A stretch of DNA of 64,000 bases from Eubacteriales bacterium. GTDB taxonomy: Bacteria; Bacillota; Clostridia; Oscillospirales; CAG-272. Where the stretch lies: positions 9,674 through 73,673 of the forward strand of contig JAZQKP010000038.1 of assembly GCA_045542275.1 (NCBI GenBank), given 5' to 3'. A program made the position numbers and the translations under genes. Each line of letters starts with the position of its first letter. Positions within the stretch are counted from its first letter, which is position 1. Below, piece after piece: positions 1 through 10,414 of this stretch. The notes under the pieces were generated by a model. It worked only from the letters and a program-made list of their open reading frames with translations, ran no database searches and had not been told where the DNA came from.

Positions 1-905
1 AAAAGGAAGTTAAGGCTGTAACTGAAGATGATGTTAATACTGAAATCGACGCAGTTCGTTCACGCAACTCCCGTGTTGTTGACGTTGAGGGTCGTGCAGT
101 TGAAAACGGCGATATCGCAGTTATTGACTTTGACGGATATGTTGACGGTGTAGCTTTCGAGGGCGGTAAGAGCGAAAACTACAACCTTACAATCGGCTCT
201 GGCTCCTTTATCCCCGGCTTTGAAGAGCAGATTATCGGTCACAATGTAGGTGACAATTTCGATGTTAATGTAACATTCCCTGCTGAGTACCATGCAGCTG
301 AGCTTGCAGGCAAGGAAGCAGTATTCAAAATTGTTCTTCATGCAATCAAGTTCAATGAGCTCCCTGCTCTTGACGATGAATTTGCAAAGGATGTAAGCGA
401 ATTTGATACACTTGATGAATATAAGGCTGACGTTAAGGCAAAAATCGAAGCTAGAAACGAAAAGGAAGCTGAAAATGCAGTAGAGGCTCAGATTATTGAT
501 GCTCTTATTGCTAACTTGGAGGCTGAAATTCCTGCTCCTATGTTTGAGGCAGAGACTGAAAACTTTGTTCGTGACTACGATTCCAGACTCAGAATGCAGG
601 GTCTTGACCTTAACACATACTTCAAGTATACAGGTCTTACACTTGAATCTCTCCGTGAGCAGTTCAAGCCTATGGCTGAAAGACAGGTTAAGACACGTCT
701 TGCACTTGAAAAGATCGTTGAGCTTGAGGGTATCGACGCTACTGACGATGAGGTTTCTGCTGAATTTGAAAACCTTGCTAAGGCATACAATATGTCCGCT
801 GATGAGGTTAAGAAGTTCGTTGAAAACGAAGCTGTTAAGGCTGACCTTTGCGTAAAGAAGGCAGTAGATTTCGTTAAGGCTAATGCTGAAATCACAACAA
901 AATAA
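1..905 (+). CDS. tig: trigger factor, 5'-truncated at the window edge
   Basis: Frame 3 is open from the window start to TAA at 903-905. The translation carries an FKBP-type PPIase segment (GDIAVIDFDGYVDGVAFEGGK...FIPGFEEQIIGH) and the helical C-terminal arm. clpP-clpX follow, which is the usual Firmicute synteny. Confidence 0.9.
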   Translation, partial: KEVKAVTEDDVNTEIDAVRSRNSRVVDVEGRAVENGDIAVIDFDGYVDGVAFEGGKSENYNLTIGSGSFIPGFEEQIIGHNVGDNFDVNVTFPAEYHAAELAGKEAVFKIVLHAIKFNELPALDDEFAKDVSEFDTLDEYKADVKAKIEARNEKEAENAVEAQIIDALIANLEAEIPAPMFEAETENFVRDYDSRLRMQGLDLNTYFKYTGLTLESLREQFKPMAERQVKTRLALEKIVELEGIDATDDEVSAEFENLAKAYNMSADEVKKFVENEAVKADLCVKKAVDFVKANAEITTK

Positions 906-920
906 TTACTTATAACACTT

Positions 921-956
921 TTACCGCTGCCTATTTATATATGCAGCGGTAATTTC
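921..956 (+). terminator. weak hairpin after tig
   Basis: ttaccgctgc / gcagcggtaa 10-bp stem with a 12-nt loop, followed by only a short T run. Confidence 0.4.
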
Positions 957-976
957 AAATAACAGGAGGATTAATT

Positions 977-1561
977 ATGGCATATGTTCCTATGGTCGTA
1001 GAACAGACTAACAGAGGTGAACGTTCATACGATATTTACTCCAGACTTTTAGAGGATAGAATCGTTTTCCTTTGTGATGAGGTTAACGACGCTACAGCAT
1101 CATTAGTTGTAGCACAGCTTCTCTATCTTGAGGCACAGGATCCTGATAAGGATATCAATCTTTATATTAACAGCCCTGGTGGAAGCGTAAGCGCCGGTAT
1201 GGCTATCTATGATACAATGAATTATATCAAATGCGATGTTTGCACAATTTGTGTTGGTATGGCAGCAAGCATGGGCGCATTTCTTCTTTCAAGCGGTGCT
1301 AAGGGTAAGCGTCTTGCTCTTCCCAACAGTGAAATTATGATTCATCAGCCCCTTGGTGGCGCTAAGGGTCAGGCAACTGATATCAAGATTCATGCTGATC
1401 ATATTCTTAAGACCAGAGATACACTTAATAAGATTCTTGCAGCTAATACAAATCAGCCCCTTGAGGTTATTGAAAGAGATACCGAAAGAGATAACTTTAT
1501 GAGCGCACAGGCTGCAATGGAATACGGACTTGTAGATAAGGTAATTGGCAAGAGAGACTGA
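977..1561 (+). CDS. clpP: ATP-dependent Clp protease proteolytic subunit
   Basis: 194 aa. Hallmark segments [30 protein letters not shown] (catalytic Ser) and IMIHQPLGG (catalytic His). GGAGG RBS upstream. Confidence 0.97.
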   Translation: MAYVPMVVEQTNRGERSYDIYSRLLEDRIVFLCDEVNDATASLVVAQLLYLEAQDPDKDINLYINSPGGSVSAGMAIYDTMNYIKCDVCTICVGMAASMGAFLLSSGAKGKRLALPNSEIMIHQPLGGAKGQATDIKIHADHILKTRDTLNKILAANTNQPLEVIERDTERDNFMSAQAAMEYGLVDKVIGKRD

Positions 1562-1562
1562 T

Positions 1563-2822
1563 ATGGGCGAAAAAAGAAAATGCTCCTTCTGCGGAAGAAG
1601 CGAAAATGATGTAGAAATTTTAATACCTGCACCTGACGGTAAGGCATTTATCTGTGATGAATGTGCATCAACCTGCTCTTATATCATTGATGAATACAGA
1701 GGTCAGACTGAGGAGCCCGAGGCAGATGGCGAAGCAATGACGCTCTCTACTCTACCTGCACCCAAGGAAATCAAGGCTATGCTTGACGAATATGTAATTG
1801 GTCAGGATAAGGCTAAAATAACACTTAGTGTTGCGATTTATAATCATTATAAGAGAATTCTTTATAACGAAGAAAAATTAAAGGGTGCTGAAAACCACGA
1901 TGTAGACATTCAAAAAAGCAATGTTCTTTTACTTGGTCCTACAGGTGTTGGTAAGACATATCTTGCTCAAACACTTGCAAAAGCTCTTAAGGTTCCCTTT
2001 GCTATTGCCGATGCAACTACTCTTACTGAGGCAGGATATGTAGGTGAGGACGTTGAGAATATTCTTCTCCGCCTTATTCAAGCTGCAGACTTTGATGTAA
2101 ATAAGGCTGAAAAGGGTATTATTTACATTGATGAAATTGATAAGATTTCAAGAAAGAGTGAAAACCGTTCTATAACACGTGACGTTTCAGGTGAGGGCGT
2201 TCAGCAGGCACTTCTTAAGATTCTTGAGGGTACTGTATCAAATGTTCCTCCTCAGGGCGGCAGAAAGCATCCAAACCAAGAGTTTATAAAGGTTAATACC
2301 GAAAATATTCTTTTTATTTGCGGTGGCGCATTTGACGGACTTAAGGATATTGTTAAATCCCGTAAGGGTAAGCAGCTTATGGGCTTTGGTGGAGAAATCA
2401 AGAGTAAGGCACAGGAGGCTGACGACACTAAGATTTATGAGGATGTAACAGCCCACGATATTGTAAAATACGGTCTTATTCCTGAGCTTGTTGGTAGACT
2501 TCCTGTAATCTGTGGACTTGAAAATCTGGACAAGGATGCTCTTGTACGAATTCTTAACGAGCCTAAAAACTCCATTATCAAGCAGTATAAGAAGCTTTTC
2601 GAAATGGATAATGTGGAGATAGAATTTGAGGATGCTGCTCTTAAGGCTGTAGCTGAAAAGTCTATTGACCGTAAAACAGGTGCCCGTGGACTTCGTTCTA
2701 TTATGGAAGAAATGATGACAGATATTATGTACAATATCCCTTCTCGCAAGGATGTAAAAAAGGTTATCATTACTGAAAAATGCGTAACAGAAAAGGCAGA
2801 GCCTGAATACGTAACTGAATAA
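1563..2822 (+). CDS. clpX: ATP-dependent Clp protease ATP-binding subunit ClpX
   Basis: N-terminal C4 zinc finger (CSFCGR...CDEC), Walker A GPTGVGKT, Walker [10 protein letters not shown]. The ATG at 1563 lies directly after the clpP stop. The tracked start at 1545 would overlap clpP. Confidence 0.97.
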   Translation: MGEKRKCSFCGRSENDVEILIPAPDGKAFICDECASTCSYIIDEYRGQTEEPEADGEAMTLSTLPAPKEIKAMLDEYVIGQDKAKITLSVAIYNHYKRILYNEEKLKGAENHDVDIQKSNVLLLGPTGVGKTYLAQTLAKALKVPFAIADATTLTEAGYVGEDVENILLRLIQAADFDVNKAEKGIIYIDEIDKISRKSENRSITRDVSGEGVQQALLKILEGTVSNVPPQGGRKHPNQEFIKVNTENILFICGGAFDGLKDIVKSRKGKQLMGFGGEIKSKAQEADDTKIYEDVTAHDIVKYGLIPELVGRLPVICGLENLDKDALVRILNEPKNSIIKQYKKLFEMDNVEIEFEDAALKAVAEKSIDRKTGARGLRSIMEEMMTDIMYNIPSRKDVKKVIITEKCVTEKAEPEYVTE

Positions 2823-2823
2823 T

Positions 2824-2851
2824 AAAAGCCGATGCACGTGCATCGGCTTTT
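2824..2851. terminator. bidirectional rho-independent terminator between convergent clpX and the TIM-barrel gene
   Basis: aaaa-gccgatgcac/gtgcatcggc-tttt: perfect 10-bp GC-rich palindrome flanked by an A run and a T run. Confidence 0.85.
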
Positions 2852-2859
2852 ACTTTTAT

Positions 2860-4488
2860 TTAGATATCATAGCCCTTAGATTTTAAGTAATCATAGCTCT
2901 TCTTAAGGCATACAAACGGATCCTCTCCATAGCAGTCATCCTGTTCTACAAAGGCATACTCAGTACCAACCTCTTCAAGTGCCTCAATAATCTTATCAAA
3001 ATCAAGAATACCTTCACCAATGTGACCAAAACGGCTCTTACCGTCCTCGGTTTCAACATAATCCTTAAGGTGTGCACAGGATATTCTCTTACCTATCTTG
3101 TGAATCTCCTCAACAGGATCTCTGCCTGCATATTTAGCCCAGTAAACATCAAGTGTTACACCAAGCTCCTCAGGCTCAAATTCACGGCAAAGAACGTCCA
3201 TAATGTACTCATCGCCTATCTTGTTTTCAAATTCAAAATTGTGGTTATGGTACATAAGCTGTAAGCCGTTAGCCTTGATCAGCTGAGCAGCGGGATGAGC
3301 CTTTTCATAGAATGCATCAAAGTTTTCTCTGCTATCAAGAGGAGCATATCCGATACCGATATGATCACAGCCGAATCTCTGATGCTTTTTAATTGTCTTT
3401 TCTGTCTTTGTGTAGATCTTATTGGGATCATAGTGAGTGATAGGACATACAAGACCGTTAGCCTTAAGCTGCTTATCCATCCATCTTGCACTGTACTTGC
3501 ATGTTCCGGAAACCTGAACATACTTGTATCCCATTTCGGCTATTTTCTTAAGAGTAGCCTTGAGATCCTTCTTTGTCTGCATATATTCTCTGACTGTGTA
3601 AAGCTGCGCTCCGATTTTCACTTTTATGTACTCCTTAATGTCATAATCATTTAAAAGCTTTCTTACTGCTTTAACATCTGTATCAAAAGCTTCTCTGTCA
3701 TTTGCGAAGGACAAAGCACCTACGTTTTTATCGGTTTTGCCATCCTTTTCGAGTGCGTTAAGCCCTACAAAGCTTACAAGGTGAGGTTCAAGAGTAGCTA
3801 CTCCACCACCCTGTTCAGCAAAGAGCTTAAGAATTTCACCAAGCTTGCCTATACCGTCACCCGCAACAACATTTTTGCCCTCAGTATCAGCATCCTTAAC
3901 GTGACAGTATTTAACATAAGACTTAAGCATTTCCCATGCTGCAATAGGCTCAACATTAGCCTGAACAAAGTTTGCAGGATCAAAAACTGCCTTAAGTTCA
4001 GGAATTGCCTCATGCAATCTTACGCAATTCTCTGCCTGTTCACCGTAAATATCCTTTTCATTTTCGTGGCAAAGGGTAATATTCTTTTCCTTTGCAAGTG
4101 AAACGAATTCCTTGAGGCGATAAACAACATCATTTTCATACTTTTCGTCTCCGTTTGTACCGTAAAAGCTGAAAATTCTGATATTTTCTGCGCCTAAAAC
4201 CTCTGCTACTTCAAGAACATGCTTAAATCTGGTAAGCTCAATATTAAAATCATCATTTATATTGCACTTACCGATAGGAGATCCGATTGACCAAACCTTG
4301 ATGTTTTCTTTATCAAATTGATCACGCAGCTCTCTCGCCTTATCAAGAGTAATATCAGCGATATTTGTACCGTCTACGCCTCTTATTTCAAGTAATTTTA
4401 TATTGTTGCCCTGTAAAGCATCTATCTGATTTACAATCATTTTATCTGCTTCATCGGCAAAAGCACATAAAGTAATCCTGTTTTCCAT
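2860..4488 (-). CDS. fusion of two xylose-isomerase-like (AP endonuclease 2 / sugar phosphate isomerase-epimerase) TIM-barrel domains
   Basis: 542 aa. The N-terminal half (aa 1-270) and the C-terminal half (aa 290-542) each read as a complete TIM barrel of this family (ENIRIFSF...HENE...FDPANF...EPH and QLMYHNHNFEF...LDVYW...HLKD...VEQD). AAGGTG RBS. Last gene of a tight three-gene operon. Confidence 0.75.
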   Translation of the reverse strand: MENRITLCAFADEADKMIVNQIDALQGNNIKLLEIRGVDGTNIADITLDKARELRDQFDKENIKVWSIGSPIGKCNINDDFNIELTRFKHVLEVAEVLGAENIRIFSFYGTNGDEKYENDVVYRLKEFVSLAKEKNITLCHENEKDIYGEQAENCVRLHEAIPELKAVFDPANFVQANVEPIAAWEMLKSYVKYCHVKDADTEGKNVVAGDGIGKLGEILKLFAEQGGGVATLEPHLVSFVGLNALEKDGKTDKNVGALSFANDREAFDTDVKAVRKLLNDYDIKEYIKVKIGAQLYTVREYMQTKKDLKATLKKIAEMGYKYVQVSGTCKYSARWMDKQLKANGLVCPITHYDPNKIYTKTEKTIKKHQRFGCDHIGIGYAPLDSRENFDAFYEKAHPAAQLIKANGLQLMYHNHNFEFENKIGDEYIMDVLCREFEPEELGVTLDVYWAKYAGRDPVEEIHKIGKRISCAHLKDYVETEDGKSRFGHIGEGILDFDKIIEALEEVGTEYAFVEQDDCYGEDPFVCLKKSYDYLKSKGYDI

Positions 4489-4496
4489 AATACACC

Positions 4497-5471
4497 TTAA
4501 ATACTAATTGTTTTTCCTTTTGAATTGTAAATGCCGAGTGTAAGCTTAATAACCTTCGCCCCCTCATAAGAATCTATTTCAAAATGCTTTTGATTTTCTA
4601 TACAGTCGTAAAAGTCACTTATTAAGCCTCTATGACCGTTGCCGTAGCATGCCTTGACGGTTTGCGTTGGAATAGACTTAAATGCAATAGCTTCACCGTT
4701 TATAATAAGATTTTTGTCTGTTATTATAATGCATTTATCATTGGTGGAAAGCATTATCTGAATTGCGAAATCATGACTTAGAGTAGTTGATGCATAGAAC
4801 TCAAATGCGCCACCGTTATAGACAAATCTTGCTCTTGCTGTATCCTCCACCTCAATATAACTGTGCTCGATATTTGAGGTTTCGCCATTTACACTTACTG
4901 GCATTCCACAAAACCATTGCATAAGGTCAAGCGTATGCAGAGCCTGATTTATAACTGTGCCACCACCCTCGGTAGCCCACTTACCTCTCCATTCACCGCT
5001 ATCATAATATTCCTTGCCTCTGTTCCAAAGCACTGTGCCAAAGCCGCAGTTGACCTTGTCATTTTCAAGAAGCTTTTTTACATAGAGATTAATGTCACTG
5101 TATCTATTCTGTAAGCAGACGCCAAGCTGAGCATTTGAATGCTCTACTGCATAAGCAATGCTGTCGATTTCTTCGTATTTTATACAAAGAGGCTTCTCAC
5201 AAAGCACATTTATGTTTTTATTAAGAGCATAAATGCACATTTCAGCATGAAGATAATGAGGTGTACAGATGTGAACCACATCTATATCCTCTCTATCAAG
5301 CATTTCTCTGTAATCATCATAAATTTTACAATTTAAATCATGATTTTTTACAAATTCTTCTGCCTTAGCCTTATCAATATCACAAACGCAGACTATTTCT
5401 GCGTTTATTTTTTTCAATGCATCTAAATGGACCGGCGCAATAACGCCCAGTCCTATAATTGCGCTTTTCAT
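4497..5471 (-). CDS. Gfo/Idh/MocA family NAD(P)-dependent oxidoreductase
   Basis: N-terminal Rossmann motif IIGLGVIAPVH, the EKP motif (VLCEKPL) and a C-terminal alpha/beta domain. The start lies 1 nt after the stop of the upstream gene. Confidence 0.85.
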   Translation of the reverse strand: MKSAIIGLGVIAPVHLDALKKINAEIVCVCDIDKAKAEEFVKNHDLNCKIYDDYREMLDREDIDVVHICTPHYLHAEMCIYALNKNINVLCEKPLCIKYEEIDSIAYAVEHSNAQLGVCLQNRYSDINLYVKKLLENDKVNCGFGTVLWNRGKEYYDSGEWRGKWATEGGGTVINQALHTLDLMQWFCGMPVSVNGETSNIEHSYIEVEDTARARFVYNGGAFEFYASTTLSHDFAIQIMLSTNDKCIIITDKNLIINGEAIAFKSIPTQTVKACYGNGHRGLISDFYDCIENQKHFEIDSYEGAKVIKLTLGIYNSKGKTISI

Positions 5472-5472
5472 T

Positions 5473-6603
5473 TTATGCCTCTAATTTAGCCTCTGCTATC
5501 TTTTTATTAAGCTCACTAAGGAATAAATCATCATCAATGGGAAGTGTTACCTCTTTACCACCAAGGAAGCCGGAAAGAAGCATTGCGTCCATAATCTGTA
5601 CACCGTTGATACCCTCTTTGCCGTCTACAAAAAGCTTTTCCTTACCAAGAATAGCATTTGTAAAGTTGTTAATGATACCGATATGCTGAGGATTAGTACC
5701 GTCAGTCTCTACCTCTGAGATTGTCTTTTCAGGCTCAGCAAACATAATCTCGTTTGTAGCACTGAATTCTCCTTCACTCATTGCAAGCTTTGTAAGTGTA
5801 AGCTTATCATTTTCGCAAACAAGCTTACCCTTATCACCTACAACCTCAAAACGGTTTGTGCCACCGCACTCAGCCGTTGTTGTGATAAATACGCCTGTTG
5901 CACCGTTTTCATATTCAAGATATGATGTAACCTCGTCCTCAACCTCGATATTGTGATACTTACCAAAGCTCATAAAGGAACGGATCTTGGATGGCATCAT
6001 ACCGATAACCCACTGAATAAGGTCAAGCTGATGGGGGCACTGATTCATAAGAACGCCTCCGCCTTCGCCCTCCCATGTAGCTCTCCATGAGGAGCTGTTA
6101 TAATATGCCTGAGGTCTGTACCAGTTTGTAATAATCCAGTTTACACGGCGAACCTTACCGATTTCACCACTTGTAACAATTTCGCGCATTTTTCTGTAAA
6201 CGCAGTTTGTACGCTGATTGAACATAATTGCAAAAATCTTATCAGATTTGTCTGCTGCTGCGTTCATTTCCTTAACCTGCTTTGTGTAAACGCCTGCAGG
6301 CTTATCGCAAAGTACGTTTACACCGTGTTCAAGGGCAAAAATGCTTATTTCAGGGTGAAGGTAGTGAGGAACCTCAATCATTACTGCATCAACATCACCA
6401 CTTAAAATCATATCCTTATAGTCCTTGTAGAAGTGGATATCCTTGCCGGCAAGGTCCTTCTTCAAAGCCTCAAGCTTATTATCATCAATATCGCAAAGAG
6501 CTGTAATTTCACAGTTTTCGGCCTTACCTGACATAAAAAGTCCATTCAAATAATAGCCACCCTGTGTACCAACACCGATAATACCGTATCTTACCTTTTC
6601 CAT
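5473..6603 (-). CDS. Gfo/Idh/MocA family NAD(P)-dependent oxidoreductase
   Basis: GIIGVGTQG Rossmann motif and VLCDKPAG motif. I chose the ATG at 6603 (MEKVRYGIIG) because it has a GGAGGT RBS. The tracked start at 6636 would overlap the predicted -10 box. Confidence 0.85.
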   Translation of the reverse strand: MEKVRYGIIGVGTQGGYYLNGLFMSGKAENCEITALCDIDDNKLEALKKDLAGKDIHFYKDYKDMILSGDVDAVMIEVPHYLHPEISIFALEHGVNVLCDKPAGVYTKQVKEMNAAADKSDKIFAIMFNQRTNCVYRKMREIVTSGEIGKVRRVNWIITNWYRPQAYYNSSSWRATWEGEGGGVLMNQCPHQLDLIQWVIGMMPSKIRSFMSFGKYHNIEVEDEVTSYLEYENGATGVFITTTAECGGTNRFEVVGDKGKLVCENDKLTLTKLAMSEGEFSATNEIMFAEPEKTISEVETDGTNPQHIGIINNFTNAILGKEKLFVDGKEGINGVQIMDAMLLSGFLGGKEVTLPIDDDLFLSELNKKIAEAKLEA

Positions 6604-6634
6604 AATTACCTCCATGTAATTAAAATTCAAGTAC

Positions 6635-6663
6635 ATTCTACCACATAAAATTCATAAATTGAA
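6635..6663 (-). promoter_or_regulatory. sigma-A type promoter of the oxidoreductase/TIM-barrel operon
   Basis: On the minus strand: TTCAAT - 17 nt - TAGAAT, with TGg immediately upstream of the -10 box (extended -10). Confidence 0.5.
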
Positions 6664-6744
6664 TACTTTTTTGGAAAATTATTAAATTTATTTAATAAAT
6701 AAAAATTAGAGGGCAGATTTTATTTCGTTCTCGCATATAAACTT

Positions 6745-6776
6745 AAAAACGAGAGCAATGACTGCTCTCGTTTTTT
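6745..6776 (-). terminator. rho-independent terminator after metK
   Basis: cgagagca / tgctctcg 8-bp stem with a 5-nt loop, flanked by an A run and a T run. Confidence 0.85.
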
Positions 6777-6781
6777 ATGTA

Positions 6782-7954
6782 TTAAAGAAGCTCTGCCTTG
6801 ATCTTATCAGCAAGGTCTGTCTTTTCCCAAGGAATATCAAGATCCTCTCTGCCTACGTGACCGTATGCAGCAAGCTGACGGTAGATAGGACGTCTTAAGC
6901 CAAATTTTTCAATAATTGCAGAGGGGCGAAGGTCTACGTTCTTCTCTACAAATTCGGAAATCTTGCTTTCATCTACCTTGGCAGTACCAAAAGTATCAAC
7001 CATTACAGAAACAGGCTTAGCAACACCGATAGCATATGCAATCTGAACCTCACACTTATCTGCTACACCGGATGCAACAATGTTCTTAGCCACATATCTT
7101 GTAGCATATGATGCGCTTCTGTCAACCTTTGTGGGGTCCTTGCCTGAGAATGCACCACCACCGTGACGGGAATATCCACCGTATGTATCAACAATAATCT
7201 TTCTGCCTGTAAGACCTGTGTCACCGTTAGGACCACCGATTACAAATCTACCTGTGGGGTTAACGTAAATCTTCGTCTTATCATCTATCATTTCTGCAGG
7301 AATTATGGGCAAAATAACATTGTCAATAATATCCTTGCGAATTGTTTCAAGTGTTACATCGGGGCTGTGCTGAGATGAAACAACGATAGCTTCTATTCTT
7401 GTGGGAACACCGTCAACATATTCAACAGTAACCTGTGTCTTACCGTCGGGACGAAGATAGGACATTAATCCGTCCTTTCTTACTGCTGTAAGGCGCTTAG
7501 CCAACTTATGAGCCAAGGAAATAGGAAGAGGCATAAGCTCCTTTGTTTCGTTACAAGCATAACCGAACATAAGTCCCTGGTCGCCTGCACCGTTTTCATT
7601 TTCGCTTTCACCACTCTTAGCCTCAGCGCTCTTGTCTACGCCAAGAGCAATATCTGCACTCTGTTCATGAATGGAGCTGAGCACTGCGCAGGTATCAGCA
7701 TCGAAGCCATACTTTGCTCTGTCATAACCGATATCGCGAACTGTATTACGTACAATTGACTGAATATCTACTGTTGCATTTGTGGTAATTTCTCCCATTA
7801 CCATTACCATACCTGTGGTGCAGAAGGTTTCACATGCTACTCTGGAATTAGGGTCCTTTTCAAGTATTGCGTCAAGAATCGCATCGGAAATCTGGTCGCA
7901 AATTTTATCAGGATGTCCTTCTGTTACTGATTCTGAAGTAAAAAACATTCTCAT
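6782..7954 (-). CDS. metK: S-adenosylmethionine synthetase
   Basis: [32 protein letters not shown] and [16 protein letters not shown] are canonical MetK motifs. The start is set at MRMFFTSE. The tracked 5' extension runs into the riboswitch. Confidence 0.97.
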   Translation of the reverse strand: MRMFFTSESVTEGHPDKICDQISDAILDAILEKDPNSRVACETFCTTGMVMVMGEITTNATVDIQSIVRNTVRDIGYDRAKYGFDADTCAVLSSIHEQSADIALGVDKSAEAKSGESENENGAGDQGLMFGYACNETKELMPLPISLAHKLAKRLTAVRKDGLMSYLRPDGKTQVTVEYVDGVPTRIEAIVVSSQHSPDVTLETIRKDIIDNVILPIIPAEMIDDKTKIYVNPTGRFVIGGPNGDTGLTGRKIIVDTYGGYSRHGGGAFSGKDPTKVDRSASYATRYVAKNIVASGVADKCEVQIAYAIGVAKPVSVMVDTFGTAKVDESKISEFVEKNVDLRPSAIIEKFGLRRPIYRQLAAYGHVGREDLDIPWEKTDLADKIKAELL

Positions 7955-7971
7955 ATTATCCTCCTTCTTAG

Positions 7972-8101
7972 CAGAAAAAGAAAAGCCCGCGGCACTCCGC
8001 GGGCTGAAATACAAAAATCTCATCTCACGGAATTGGCACCTTGTCATAAGATAGGTTGCCGTAGCATCATAGGGCCTGTCCCTCCACTACTCTTGATAAG
8101 C
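7972..8101 (-). promoter_or_regulatory. SAM-I (S-box) riboswitch with intrinsic terminator expression platform
   Basis: The minus strand reads CTTATCAAGAGTAGTGGAGGGACAGGCCCTATGATGCTACGGCAACC...AAGGTGCCAATTCCGTGAGATGAGA. This matches the S-box core nearly base for base (TTATCAAGAG, GGTGGAGGGAC, GGCCC, ATGA, GCAACC, AAGGTGC, AATTCC). It is followed by the hairpin AGCCCGCGG-AGTG-CCGCGGGCT plus a T run, directly 5' of metK. Confidence 0.95.
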
Positions 8102-8121
8102 TTAAATTTTTTAACGGTCAC

Positions 8122-8150
8122 AGTATAACATACTGTTTTATATATTTCAA
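8122..8150 (-). promoter_or_regulatory. sigma-A type promoter of the metK leader
   Basis: Minus strand: TTGAAA - 17 nt - TATACT, about 20 nt upstream of riboswitch helix P1. Confidence 0.6.
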
Positions 8151-8177
8151 TAGCTTTTTTAAAATTTTTTTATTTTT

Positions 8178-8684
8178 TTAAAAAATTGCTGCAACACCGT
8201 AGGATACAAGTGTCATTATAACGCCTGCAATCATTACACCAAGCAAACAGGATAAAAGTGCCTTCCAGAATTTCATATCTATCATGGCGGCAACAAGTGA
8301 GCCCGTCCATGCGCCTGTTACAGGTAAAGGAACAGCAACGAAAAGGCAAACACCCCAGAATGAATATTTTTCAATCTTATCTCGCTTTTTTTCTACCTTA
8401 TTAAGAAGATAATTCGCTATTTTATTAAAAAATTTCACCTTAGAATTAGACATCCATCTGATTACCTTTTTTATAAAGAGCAAGATAAATGGAATAGGTA
8501 GCATATTTCCTGCAACACTAAGTATATAAGTAAGCCAAAAAGGCATATCGCCGAGTGTTGCGTTGAAGGCTGCACCCATAGGAATAGCGCCTCTTAGCTC
8601 AATAATCGGTATCATAGAGCAGAAAAAAATACAAAGCTCCTTGCCTACCTTTTCAAGAAAAAACTGTTTAATTGCTTCTGTCAT
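8178..8684 (-). CDS. small integral membrane protein, COG2426-like putative small multidrug export protein
   Basis: 168 aa with 4-5 hydrophobic helices. The family assignment is from memory of PF06695-like sequences (IPIIELRGAIPMG motif). Confidence 0.5.
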   Translation of the reverse strand: MTEAIKQFFLEKVGKELCIFFCSMIPIIELRGAIPMGAAFNATLGDMPFWLTYILSVAGNMLPIPFILLFIKKVIRWMSNSKVKFFNKIANYLLNKVEKKRDKIEKYSFWGVCLFVAVPLPVTGAWTGSLVAAMIDMKFWKALLSCLLGVMIAGVIMTLVSYGVAAIF

Positions 8685-8693
8685 TTTATCTCC

Positions 8694-10406
8694 TTATGCA
8701 AGAAATTTCTTTGCAATAGCATAAAATACGCGAATAGTTTCTACAAGCTCACCCATTTTACTCTCTGTAAGATATTCTTCCTTAAATTCCTTAAGCCAAT
8801 TCTCTACATCCTCAATATTTACACCAAGCTTTTCGCCACTTACATAGGACATAAACATAGCAATCATTATTTCAGCACCGTTTGCAACGCAAAGAAGCGC
8901 CTTTCTTGCCTTTTCATTTTCCCATTTTGTAGCCATAAGATAAGGAATCACCTCTTCGCAAGCATTAAAGCATCTTGTAAGGTCATCAGGTGAAGGCTTA
9001 AAGCCTGTTTTCATACAGCTATTTTCAAAATTATCTTGGCAATAGTGTGCAAGAAGATGATACCAATATCTATCAAGATGTGCATCTGAAATCTTTCTGT
9101 AGATTGCAGTAGCACCCTCATATCCGAAATAATGAAGGTCAAGCTTAGCAGCGAAATCATCATTGTTGGAATTTACATTCCAGCCCTTCTCTGCGCCAAA
9201 TACAAGTCCGTGCAAGCAAGCATAATAAGGTGATAAATGACCGTGGTCGCCCCAGCAGGTCGTAAGTATACCTGCAGCGCCACATTCGTGTCCACACTGT
9301 GCCATCTTACTTATATTAGGCATCGAAACTCTTGTAAACTCAATAAGTCCACTCCAGTTTGTAATACCGGGGCAAACATACTGTGTTTTACCCTTGTTTG
9401 CACAGTTATAAATCATCTTTGTATATGGCTCTGCACTGTAATTCCAGTTAAGGAAAATAGTATCGCTATCAATTTCATCAATAAGGTCAGAATGCTGGTC
9501 AATAATATCGCCCCACATCATTGCTACCTTACCGTGAGCTTTTACATGAGCAATTATCTTCTTAACGAAATCAACATAAAGTCTTGCCTTATCCTTACCT
9601 GTATTTCTTCCTCTGCCAAGGTCAAAAGTTTCGTCACAGCAGATATTAAACTTATTGCTTGTAAACAAGGGTGCATACTGGTCAATAAGGCTCTTTATAA
9701 TCTCAATGCTTTCAGGATTTGACGGGTCAATGGTATGATGAGGCATTCTCTCATTCCAGTAATGGGAGGAATCTACATAATCAGGAAGCTCACAAAGGTG
9801 CTTATACTTCTCTGTAGAAAGAAGCTCATAAAGGTGTCCAAAGCAAGAAAGAGACGGAACGAATTCGATAAAGTTTTCGATACAGTACTTATCAAGCTCC
9901 TTTATTTCTTCAGCTGTAATATATCCTGTTCTCTGATATATTCCATCATATTCCTTGAATTCAAATACGTGCTCAACATAAAGCTGAAGCATATTTGCCT
10001 TTGCATATGCAATATTGTCAACAAGCTCCTTTAAGGTTTCAAGGGTAGGAATTCTTCCTCTTGTAATATCAAAATAGATACCACGGGTTTCAAAATCGGG
10101 TTCATCATCTATTCTGGACATATCACAGTAGCCGTTCTTAATTATCTGTCTTAAGGTCTGGATTCCATAGAATGCAGCAGCCTGAGATTTTGCAATAAGA
10201 TTTACCTTATCTGCACTTAATTCAAGAGTATATCCGTCGCCACCCTCATTATTAACTGTTACGGTTACCTCGGTATTACCCTCTGCAACCTTTCTAGATG
10301 CCTTAACTACTCTTGCATCAACATTCTCAGGGAAAATGAATTTACATCCACTTATAACAAATTTATCACAAGCTGTATAGCTTTTTACTTCAGGAACTAT
10401 GTACAT
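8694..10406 (-). CDS. glycoside hydrolase family 20 (beta-N-acetylhexosaminidase-like)
   Basis: 570 aa. GH20 TIM-barrel start RGIYFDITRGRIPTLETLKELVDNIAYAKANMLQLYVEH, and a catalytic-region-like FNICCDETFDLG (the D-E pair). No N-terminal signal peptide. Confidence 0.8.
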   Translation of the reverse strand: MYIVPEVKSYTACDKFVISGCKFIFPENVDARVVKASRKVAEGNTEVTVTVNNEGGDGYTLELSADKVNLIAKSQAAAFYGIQTLRQIIKNGYCDMSRIDDEPDFETRGIYFDITRGRIPTLETLKELVDNIAYAKANMLQLYVEHVFEFKEYDGIYQRTGYITAEEIKELDKYCIENFIEFVPSLSCFGHLYELLSTEKYKHLCELPDYVDSSHYWNERMPHHTIDPSNPESIEIIKSLIDQYAPLFTSNKFNICCDETFDLGRGRNTGKDKARLYVDFVKKIIAHVKAHGKVAMMWGDIIDQHSDLIDEIDSDTIFLNWNYSAEPYTKMIYNCANKGKTQYVCPGITNWSGLIEFTRVSMPNISKMAQCGHECGAAGILTTCWGDHGHLSPYYACLHGLVFGAEKGWNVNSNNDDFAAKLDLHYFGYEGATAIYRKISDAHLDRYWYHLLAHYCQDNFENSCMKTGFKPSPDDLTRCFNACEEVIPYLMATKWENEKARKALLCVANGAEIMIAMFMSYVSGEKLGVNIEDVENWLKEFKEEYLTESKMGELVETIRVFYAIAKKFLA

Positions 10407-10414
10407 AATTTACC

